Part shown: positions 48,801 through 61,000 of the stretch, piece by piece | Layout of the letters: each line of letters starts with the position of its first letter | Numbering within the stretch: the first letter of the stretch is position 1 | NCBI GenBank assembly: GCA_051362555.1 | Contig: CM120645.1 | Location: 14,508,001-14,572,000, forward strand | DNA length: 64,000 nt | Direction of reading: 5' to 3' | DNA from: Lingula anatina | Lineage: Eukaryota; Animalia; Brachiopoda | Notes under the pieces: generated by a model | Seen by the model: the letters and a program-made list of their open reading frames with translations, nothing else | The model's database searches: none | What the model was told of the DNA's origin: nothing | Translations under genes and position numbers: made by a program

Positions 48801-51800
48801 AAATACAAAAATATACACATATCAATAAAGAATAAGATACCAACTTCCATTCCAAAGCATGAAAAAAAGTAAATAATAAATTAAATAATATATTTTCGAT
48901 GCAGCAGTAAAAAATCTTGCATTAAAATTCACGAGTCCAACTTACTGTTACAGTGAGGTCACAAAAAACTGTTAGTTACATGATGCATACAAAGTTAAAG
49001 AAGAAAAATCTATATCTCCATGCCTCCATGTATTGATCAGGAAATATACATAACACAGAAATGCATATACACAATCATTCTATTCAATAGTCAACAGTTA
49101 TGATAAGGAGAGCACAGAGGCTGAAATTTAATATGTCTTGATGAAAATGCATAAAGAGATATGAAATATCAAAATGCACATCTAGAAATGTTTTGATTTA
49201 ATCCTAAAATGCATTCAAAGGATCAAAAACTTACAAAACATGCTAAGTATCATTAAAAAAAAAAAAATCTTAAGTGGCAGCTTTCAATTAAATAAAAGAA
49301 AATATAATTCTTAAAAATATCTAAAGTCTCCAATGCAAGAAAGTCTGCATACAACAAGAGAAGTATGTACCTAACTGATATGAAAAAACAGAAATATGGA
49401 AAATAATAATAGTAATAATAAAACCCTGGACAATACCATCAGTATGGTAACCCATGTGAGATCATGCTTAAAAAGCTTATCAGTGCATACAACATTCAGG
49501 TGTATAATAAATCCTAAGATGGCTCTACCACGACCACGAAGCAGCAAAACTTTGAACTGTGACATTTCCAGATTGCAGTAGACTTTGGTCATTTCATATC
49601 TTGAATGATTGCTTATCTCAAATAAAGCTTGCAAAATGGAATTTTCCTTTGGTTTTGGCTGTATTTTTGCATAATTTGGAACAAACTGAAAATGTCCCAA
49701 TGTGTCCAAGTTAAGTGGTCTACTTTCAATTTTCCCCTAGACTTGTAACAACTACCAAGAGATCCCACTAGAGCCATTGTAAGTGAATGATAAATAAATG
49801 CTGAATAAATTCTGAAAACTAATTCCTAAGAAGTGATGAGCCTAAAAATGAATTAAAAAAGCCGATCAAATTTGTAACCAGCATGCACGGTGCGTGTGCA
49901 TCACCAACCATCACACTACCTCGACATGCGTGGCATCCTGCGTTGGCACAGGCAGCTTGCGCTTTGACTGCATGGGCGTCATAAGCCCTGGGGCGTCTCT
50001 GAGCACCCCTGTCATCATGGCCCTTGCTGTAATTTTCATTTTATTTTGCCATGGTCCTTGGGTTGCATCAATTTCAAAAAACTCTTCCTCTTCCTCCACA
50101 TCGCCACCATGGCCATTTTGTTTCAAATTTGGCAAATGTGGATAGTGAGACAACAATTCACTAGTAGCTAACATTTTCTTGTGCGTTTCAGAATTAGTTT
50201 TACTATAATCATCAGAAACTGGGTTTTCTCCAGCAATGCTTACGCTAACATGCTGCTGATCTTGCTGAAAGGCTTCATCATTATCAGAGGGCATGTAACC
50301 CGATTGACTGGCGTACCCACTGTGCTCTGGGTCATAGGTCACATCCTGCTGCAATGCATTCTGGGATACCTGACTTTGATTTTCAACCCCAGATGAAGCC
50401 TGTATTTTATGCGACTGAACTGCATTAAGTAGGAGTGACGCTAATGCATTACGCTTAACATGCTTGTCACGTGATACAGCATTTGACGTAGGAACTCGTC
50501 CCACATGAGAAGTTTCACCTACATGTGTGACTGCGCCTAGTGCTTCCTGCGGCTCCTGCACAATGCTTCCTCCATGAATTACTTCACTGCGATCTGTTTC
50601 TATCTCGGCCTCAACTTCAACTATGGTAGGCTCAGGCGTCGATTTCTCTGTGATTGGTGTCAGACCTAGAAATAAAGTAACCAACATAAACCCTGAACTA
50701 ATGACTTCAATACTTTCTTATTAATAATAAATGATCCTGGACACATGATCACACAAAGAAATTGGTGAAGCTGAAATTGACAATATACTGAAATCAACAT
50801 GCAAACCTCCAATAAATAGGTCACGTTGGGCACTGACCCTGAATTGGTTTGATTAGCTGTGCAACTACTCGTTATTGACCAAAAAATGTACTTTTATAAA
50901 AGACCTGCTACTTGTAATATATAGACCATTCGCATACTACAGTATAGATTACCAATTATTTTTAGTCCTTCTTTATTCAAAAACTTGTAATCACTACATA
51001 TTTGCATAACCTATCATTATTTTATTGATATCATGAAAATTTAATTATACCTTACTAGTAAAAATGTATTTTATTACATAAATTATTCTTAAACAACTTT
51101 TATGATTTATTTTAAAGTTGTCTTTACAATTTTGAAATAATAAGAAGTCTTAAAATGAATTGTGCTTTTGAACCAAAAGTTGTGGCATTCAACAGAAATG
51201 TGGAATATATTGATACATAAGCAAACTGTGAAAATACAATTATAATAATTTTTATAATGATGATAATGATAAATGAATATTGCACCAAAAATCCTTCACT
51301 TTAACAAATGGAAATGAGAGGTCAGAAATTAACTGCTCTCACTGTTGGGAGGTGCTCTGAATTCCCAGGAGAAATCAAGCACATATATGTAGCCATAGCA
51401 GTGACTTCCACCAAGGGGTTCCTTCAATTCAATTTCAATTACGTTGTACTAAATCAGTTCCATGGCAATAATGGATTCCCAAATGAGAAATCAATTATCA
51501 TTCAGACCCGATGCATGCAAAAAAACATTTCAACTGCACTACGCATGCAGATTTCTAATAGAGTGAATACCTAGAAATTCCCTCTTTAATAATGTGCACC
51601 GAAAAATATAAAATCAGCAAAAAAAAAAAAAAAACACCAAAACATGCTAGAATTTGATCTTAAAATTCACTATCAGAAAACTAGGTATGATTTTTAAACA
51701 GGCTACAATGAAATGAATTTAATTATGCAAAAACTCAAAAAATCCCAACGCTGCCAGATAAAAGGCTCACTGTGTGAAGAGAAGAAAAACAAATTACAGG

Positions 51801-54800
51801 TATGGCTCAAAACTGAACATAACTGTGAATCACATTTGTGCCTAAAACTTGAATAGAAAGGTGTGTCTTGAGCTTCGGTTACCTTTCCCAAAATTAGAAA
51901 CAGTTCTGCCACCTTGAGCTGCTTTTAGAAGCACATTTCCTTGTTGAACAGAGTCAACTAATGCTTTATCATTGGCAGGGTAATAGTCACCTTGGTCTGT
52001 TTCATATTTGGGTGCATTGGACTGTAACTTTTTCAAGAAATCAGCAAGAGCTGGAGTTTTTCCTTTGTTGTCATTTTGGCTAACTGGAGACAGGGCAGCA
52101 GAAAGTGCCGCTGACCCACCAACCTTGTTTAAAGATTGCATATTTTTCAACGTAGATGACAAAGAGTTGACATTTGTGATAACTTGGCGCATTTGGGCAA
52201 ATTTGGATTTTTTCTTAAGGAGGGCCATTTGTTCATTTTGTTGTCTGCGATTTTTGCCAGCGGCAAACCAGCTCATTGCTGTTCCTGTTTGGCTGGTGTG
52301 TTTTTTCAGCATTCCCCATTGTCTGCGTGCTGTTGTAGCACAGAGAACAAGCAGCAAGTAAAAAAAATTTAAAATATTTGAAAAGGGGATCCAGTAATTA
52401 ACTGATGCAATCAATGGCTATCTATTTTTTTCACCATTTTACTAACAGTTAAAATGTGAAAATTTTGTTTATAATTTTGACATCTCAGTATGAAAATAAG
52501 AAATATTTTTACTCAAACAATAAAACCAGAATTTTTCCTATACTACCAAAATCAACATTTTTCAATTTCAACAATGTACTGATGAAGATAAACACCAAAA
52601 GCTGTTTTCTTCAAAAATAATTGCCACTGAACTAATCAATATGAACAAACTTACTCAAATTCACTTTCAGGTTGCAAAAGCAATGCTTTAACTTTTATAA
52701 ATCTGAAGCCTTGGCAGTGGTATATTTGGTTACAAAAAAATTCTTACTCTCTGCCAAGTCTCAATGCATTTCAATTAAAAAAGTCCTGATTATGCTGGTC
52801 ACTGTCTTACCTCTTTCTCTTGGCTCTAAAATCGCAGTTTGGTCATATTCCTCTTCCTCTTCTTCAATTTCATGTGCTACAATAAAAATGTGAAACTCTA
52901 AATTCTTCTAAAACACAAGCAAATATTGGAAAATATTTTTTTCCCAAAACCCAGCCTTTATATTTCATCTTAAGCTAATAGTATGTAATCTAACTTTCCA
53001 TTACTTTCTTCAGTTATTCGGCACCTTGGATCATCAAAACCCATGAAAAATGTGTTTAAAATGTGTTGATTAGTAATTGTTAACATTGAATATAAAGAAT
53101 TAAAACAAATGTGTATTGAAAGAGATTCAATTGAGAAAAAAAGTTTGGTAAAGTCACAAAATAATTTTGAAGGGGACCATGAAATTCTAGAAGCATTTGT
53201 GAAACTATAGAGTTTAAATTTTAGTCAGAAAAATACTACATGAAATGAAGCAAAAAGCAGGGCCTTGAATAAAAAAAGCTACCTCCTTGCAATTCATCTG
53301 TTTCTCCTTCCTCAAGTTTCCCTGCAAGATTATTGGTCAATTCAAGGTCAGCTGATTTAAGCAGTGGTGGGTCATGATTGGCTGAACTGCAATCAGGTGA
53401 TGCAATCCCACTATCCCTATTGGCTGGCATATCGGGATATATGATATCCACAGCAGTGAAATGTGCAGGTGTGTTATAAGAGGCCACAGTCGGAGAAATG
53501 GGCCGTGAACGATGTGCAGAAGCATTGCCTTTTTGGTGCTTTTTCTCGTCTAGCATTAAAGTGAAAGTGACTCTTGTAAGTGCAAAAGTGAAAGTAAAAG
53601 CATGTCAAAACTTAAAGATGGCAAAGTGTTGTTAACCCTCACTACACCCACATGCTTTCATGCAGTTTCAAATGATAGGCACAGATAGTTCAGATGAGTA
53701 CCAAAGGGTTAATAATAGGGTACCCACTATAGCGAATAATAATAAGATAACAGGAAAATTATTTGGAAATAATCATTCATAGTAAAAGGATAAGACTATG
53801 CAAATACATGCATGTGTAACTTGTTAGGAGCATGAGTTTCAATATTTGGGATTAAAATAAAGTGTTCTTACTAATTTAATTCAGGAGGTCACAACAGATA
53901 TTGAGCATACACAAAATAAACATAGGGGGATGCTATTTCAGGCAAAAGGAGGGGATCTTCAAATGAGTTGTAAATTTGAAATCAGTGATGAGGCGCATTA
54001 CTTTTCTAGAACTATCTGCAAATCTTTCTAACAACTACCAACAAAATAAGAAGAAACCAAAGCATGCAAAAATCATGCTGATATATAATTTATCTCGCAG
54101 CCTGTATTAAGGATCTCCATTTACCTTATATCTTATTATTAATTCTGTGATTGTTAAATGCAGCAAGTGTAAAGCACCATAATATCAACTTCATATTCTT
54201 AGACAAGCAATGTTAAAAAAGCATAAGCAAGCAAGTCAGCTTCATATGTTAATGCAAGCACTAAAATCTTCCCTTTCAAGAGATTATCTTTAAATATGTG
54301 AGTGAAGCAAATGCAGTAGATTGTTGCACTGTAAAATGTGATTTTGCAGTTTGCTATGATCTTCAATTAGTTACTGAGGTTCTCTTTTCAAGTCGTACAA
54401 AGCATAAAAAAAAGAACAACACATTTAAGCCATGCCTGACTTTTCGTTATTTCAGCAATCTGCCCCAATCAAGAAAACTGCAAAGTGCAATATAATTAAC
54501 AGCACAATCACATACTTGACAAAGGTTCAAAAATCTCAAAATCCTACCTTCTCCTCGGGCCAAGTAACCAGATCCTTCGCGGACTTCGATGTATTCCTTG
54601 TATATATCCTCGTCCTCGGATCTAAACTGAGGCTCGGGCAAGACCACGCTGGCGTTATCCAGTGGCAGAGACACCTCCAGCTGATTGGACATCTTGGGCT
54701 TTAATTTGCTGCCATCTATAGTAATGTAGAAATTTTTTTAGAGAATTTCTATAAAATTCTTTCACTGTCCATAATTCCCACAATAATTCATGTGAAAACA

Positions 54801-55886
54801 ATCAAATTCATTTCATGCAATCCTGTGTTATCTAATTTTCATTTGATTATCAATTCCTGCTGTGTGTCACTGTGTTACTCTCTTGCAATCAATTGGATGC
54901 AGACTGCTCAACACTTCTGATTTCATAACATTGGCCTTGATATAAAAAGTTTAAGTAAATACAACCTTAACTGACAAACTAACCTGAAGGTAAGGCAGCT
55001 ACCACCACTTTGTATATGACATCCAGACGACAGCCATCAATGACAACTTTACACCTGTTGCTGTCTTTGCTGGGGACAACCTGGAAATAAGACAAGGCTT
55101 TTAATTGGACTGTTTTGTAATGGAATAAGACAATTATTCTGGTTGGACTCTGTCGCAATGCAATGATTCCAATTATAACAATTTTTATTGAATTTTTTAT
55201 TTGTGTACGTAAGTGAGAGAAAAAGTTTAACCGTATCATAATTTTCAGTAAATGTTTGAAAATGAGAACTTATTATGAATTATAAGTCATATGTTTGAAG
55301 ACTATCTGGTATATGGTATGGTATCACATGGCATGGTGGTATGGTATTGTATAATGTGGTATGGTATGGTATAAAATAATGCCATATGTACACAACATAC
55401 CATAAAGCTACATGTAACACAACAAAACATATTAATAAGGTTGACCACATCAACCAAGTGCCCTCACCTTGCTACCACACTGCTGCCCATTGAGGTACAC
55501 CATGTAGCCAGAAATGTGCTGATGGGCAGTAGAGATTGACCGCCACACTATTGCCATGGAGTCCCTGTTAGTGGTCATCTCCAAAGAGATCACTGGACCA
55601 CCCATCTCTGTGGTCACTGGGCAGTTCATGATCTGGGAAAAAGATTAAATGAAGAAATTATGTCAATTGTCCAGAGGGTTAGAGAGGAATAGACACCTCC
55701 TGGGTATGTACCACCAGCTGGTATAGGAACAGTAACGGGATAACAACATGCAAAAACATTTTTTTTTAATGTACACAAATGCTATAAAAAAATCATTCTG
55801 ATATCATGGCATAGGTCAGCTCAGAATTTTTAATTGAAAACTTTTCTAAGAGTATTATGATTACGTATAATTCTTGTATTCCATTG

Positions 55887-55920
<34 letters not shown>

Positions 55921-57408
55921 GTAGTACAGACAATTGGCAAAATTAATGCTGCAATTCTTTGTACCATAGGTAGCTCAAAAGAGCTATTATTATTAATATT
56001 ATTATTATTATTGTTGTTGTCTGTTAATACCAGCCTATTATATTTTATTTCTATACCACTTACTAGAGGCTCTGATCTGTGTGGTAGAAACATGGGATCC
56101 TTGGGGTAAACCTCCAGTGTGATTTCATAGCTTCTTCCTCCTGCTAGACCAGCCACACTGACACTACTGTGAACAGGGGGAAACACCTCACAGTATGAGA
56201 CTCCATTGAATAGGATCTAGAATTAAGAAGGGAGAAAAAATTAGTCAATAAGAAAAATATTTTTAAACTTCTTCATGGTCATGGTTGAAGTCACGTCAAG
56301 TCGTGGTTAAAGCTACATTGAATTTTTTTTTTGTCCCCTTCTTTGAACTAGGCTCTTTCATAATGCTTCATTTGTGAGTAATCAATAAATTAAATGATAA
56401 AGCTTCAAAAACAACTTCTGAAAAAAGTGAAGTATGTTTATTTAAAGGTGGTCACTGCTCCTAACATCCTTTATTGAAATCTACAGCCTTATCCTATAAT
56501 TTCTCCAGGAACACTTTTTCTTTGCGAGTAATTTCAAAATAATATTTATTCTAAATTTTGAAAAAAAGGTGTGCAAAAATAATGAAAAATACCATATCTT
56601 TTTTGTGAGTAATTTCAAAATAAATTTATCATAAATTTTGAAAAAATGTGTGTGAAATTTATGAATAAATACCATACCTGATACCCCCTGATGAGCTCCA
56701 CAGCCTCCTCCTCTGGTTTCTCCCAGAACACCTCCATTGTCCCGGGGCCTGTGAAGCAGCCCTTGATAGACGGGTTGCATGTGTTCCACAGCTGAAATTT
56801 CCTCTGTAAAACCAAATAATATGTAACTTGTGAAAAGCTACTGAAGATATATTCAAATTTTATGAAAATATGCGATGAGTGGTGAATATGCCTATTGCAA
56901 ATAGGCAAGTTTTAACTTCCAAAATATCATTGGTAATTTTAAGATAAAAGAAAATATCACGATGCCATTTCTTCTTTTAAAAGAAAAGTGATCATTTTCA
57001 GACAAACTCCTAAATCTCTGTTAAATCCATTACACACAGTACAATACAGAGATCCTGCTGGCGTGCACTTTCAGGCCAAAACAATTCAAAAGTATTCCAG
57101 TGAACAAAGTAGCAACCAGTATCCTAGGATGGCAGTGACCAGAAACATTTATACAAGTACATACCACATCTGGGAGCTCTGTGTCGCTGTCTGATTCCTC
57201 GCCTCCAGAGACCTCTTGTGACAACACCCAGAACCTCCTGCAGACAATAACATAACATAACATAATGTGATAATTTAAAGCAGGACTTATCCAAGTATGC
57301 ACAGAAATATAGGGAAATTGCCTTTAAATAACAACAATAACTGATAATCTTTAAATTTCACAAAGATAATTTCTATTTATATCTTTTATTTTTTTAAATA
57401 AAATCTTA

Positions 57409-57488
<80 letters not shown>

Positions 57489-57961
57489 TCAGCATGCTAC
57501 TCTTGTAAGTGAGAAAACATCTTATCCACTTTCTTACCTTGAAGTATAGATTTCACTGGGCAGCATATCATCACTGACTGCCACAGCTCTGAGAAACATT
57601 AGACCAGCATCCTTCATAGATACACCCTTCTCTGGATTGTACAACTGGAAACATAGACAAAAAAGACATGTTAATATATCATATAATTTATTAAGTAATC
57701 ATGAAATCTTAATAGACCATTTTATATGCTTTACCATGATCTACATGAGTTCAAAATGAACTTTGAAAAATGCAATTATAATCAAGAAACAGTGCACTCT
57801 ATAAAAAGTGCATTCTTTAAAATCTGAATATGAATATGAAGGGAACATGTATTACATGTAAACTTAAGAAAACAATCGGAATGTCTCAGAGATTCTTTTT
57901 GTAATTGTGCATTCAATTGAAAATACATGTACAGTTCTTTTGGAATTATTACATACTGTCA

Positions 57962-58021
<60 letters not shown>

Positions 58022-61000
58022 AGCTTACCTTTGATGCCTTGTTATGAGGTAGTGGTGAAGTCCCGTCAGTGGTGTAATATATTTTAGCACTAGCCGAGTT
58101 ACTGGCCAGCTGCAACTTGTGAAACTTTTCAATATGGCCGCCTTCTCCGCCTGAGGTGATGTGGGGAGGATCGCATCTGTCAGCTAAATTATCACAAGTT
58201 TAACTTTAGCACCTCATATGTGTGTTTTTAAAATTCATATATATATAGATATTTTAATAAACAATACATGTAGTTGCTTCAGGATTACGGTCAAAAATTC
58301 AACAAGCTGTAAAGCTGGATCCCAGACTGAATGTACTATGTTTCAGAGTTTGAGTACAATGTCATCTTTCTCTTGCTCTCTCTCTCTCTCTCTCTCATTT
58401 CTCAATCTGTGTCACTTTTTTTCTCTCACTCTCTCTCCCATTTCTCTTTTTCTGTCACTTCTCTCTCTCTCTCTCTTTTCATAGTTCCACACTTACCATC
58501 CGACTGTAGCACCCTGATAACCCCAGCAAATCCTGGTGCACCCTGAGAAGCCACACAGAATGTCCCAGCATTGTCAAATGTGTACAGAAAACTGTTCTTT
58601 TTCACAGGGCGCCCACTGTTGAATGACTTAGTTCCATGTATTACACTGAGTGGGCTCTGAGGAAGAAAGAATGTTACAAGCATTATGATTGAATACTTTG
58701 AGATATATATATATATATATATTACTTTTTGTAGTTAAAACATTAATCTATAAAGTAACACTTTTTCAAAACAAACATTTGAAAGATAACTGTGATTATG
58801 TCATGACGCAAAATCTAACATGCAAAAAATATTATACACATACTAAGAGATAAAACATCAATATTTGACACTGCTGGAGAAAAGATTTTAGTAATCTAAA
58901 AGTGAAGTTTTCCTTTTTTGTGAGGTTAGTCAGACTTGGAGAAGAGAGTCCCCATTTACAAGTAAGCACCAAGATCTGTCTATTCATTTTTTTCAGCTCA
59001 CCATCAAATTTATATTAAAGCAGAAAAGGCAGGAAATAATGTGCTTGAGGTAAGTTGTTGCTTATAAAAAAATCTGATAAGCAACAAAAATGTGGATAAA
59101 AGAAAATTCTTTGTTTAACCAGTTATTATATCAGAATATATTTGAAATATGAAAAGTAAATAGCCTAAAATAAAATGACTTCCCTCCCAAAAATACATGA
59201 AAGATGCTGAATAAAACATCAATATTTTGGCTAAAAAAACATCAAAAGAAAAAAAAAGAACCTCTATCGTTATCCTCGTATGGTGAAGGCTTATAATCTT
59301 GTTGGGCTAAATGAATACAGATAAGATGGGTCAAACTGTTAATTATTTAATATTAAACAATTGTTTAAAAAAACATAAAAAACTGTTTCAAAGGCCAGTC
59401 AACCAAAAATACCCAAAACATTTTATGAACAATCTAATCTGCTATGACAGTGTGAAAATCAATAATCAAAAATTATAAGGCATTATTATGAATCACAATC
59501 AGAATAATATAACAGCAATATAATAATAGTAATAACAATTAACAAACAAAATAGGTCAACCCACTTCCACAGGCAATATGTGACAAGTTAGAAGAGAAAA
59601 ACTGTCACTTACATCACTGTCTGGAGGGTTTACATGGATGATGTTGTGTTCCTCTTCCTCCTCTGCATCCTTCCACGTCCACAAGATACTGTGGCCCTGA
59701 AAAGGACAAAATATAAATTGCTATAAAACTATTGCAAATTACATTTCTGAGCAAAAAACTGAGTTGTAAGTCACTACTCTAATTACAAAATAATAAAGGG
59801 GCATTTAAATTAATTTTTCACTGAATATAAATTTTCATTCATTAAAATATGATTATTGTTGTTCAAAAATTAAAATTTGAATCATGTACATTCATTTTGA
59901 CAAACATACTTGAGGTATTGCTATAGAGTTAGGATGGAAGCCACGTTTGTCCAGTCTGACAATAGCACTATCACTGCTTTCGTCCACCAGGATACTGCTC
60001 AGCCTGTCCTCTTCCTTCTTGCCCTGTTAAAAGAAATAGTAGACACTGAAATGACACACTCAGAAAATGTCAAGGTTCTTCAGTGATTTTTTTTTCTTTT
60101 TTAGAATTTAACATTAACCTGATAATATAGGCTATGACAGCCTTCAAAACAAATGCCTTACTTTTCATAGCTGTTACTGGTGCATGAAGCAAGTACAAAA
60201 ATTGGTAAAATCAGTAAAAAATAATAACAAACTACTGTTAATTGTACAGACTTCTTATATGGATTGAGTGCTTGTCTGGAACTAAATTTAAATCAGATCT
60301 TGTTTATTGAGATTATTTTAGAGTATGAAAGTGGTATTTTTATGTGCATGGTTAACTGATAAAAATTACATAAAACCCTTTGCCTGTGTAATAAAAACTT
60401 ACAGATTCTGATTTGGCTCTCTTTGCAAATGACTTGCTGTAGAAATGGTGCACTCCCATTGTGACGAAGACTTTGTTCATAGCTGGCCTAAAGTGGAACC
60501 AAACAAAATAATGTCATTACAAAAGTACATGATATATATTTCAAAGAAAAATGTCTCTTCTTCAAAATGTTTTTTTTGTTTTGTTTTGTTTTTTCCTTTA
60601 CTGTTATGTACATTAAATGAGACAAAAATCATAAGATTTTCATTACATTATAATAGTTTAATCATCAAGAAAAAAACAGACTATTATAACTTTAGCAAAA
60701 CAATGCAAACAGGCAGACATACCTTGGAATCAATTGCATTTTATCCTCCCGACCTTTTGCAACAATGACGTCGTCTGCATTCTTAACCTCGTGGATGTCA
60801 TGTGACTTGAATCCCTTGCTGAAGACCCAGCAGACGATGTCATATGGAGAGATGGTCATAGGGTCGGGGTTAATGGCCGAGTTGCTCACTTGGACTTGTC
60901 GCACCTAAATTGGATTTGAAGCATTTAAAATATAGAACAAAACAATCAAACAAACAAAAAAAAAAAAGAAAAAGCCCTAATTTTCTGCTCATTGAAATTC

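Noticed and set aside
57864-58087. Poly-Asn, poly-Tyr, IY, ILYYI, FIYL and HT repeat ORFs here and at 7004, 38525, 40352, 41170
   Set aside because: They are translations of microsatellites.
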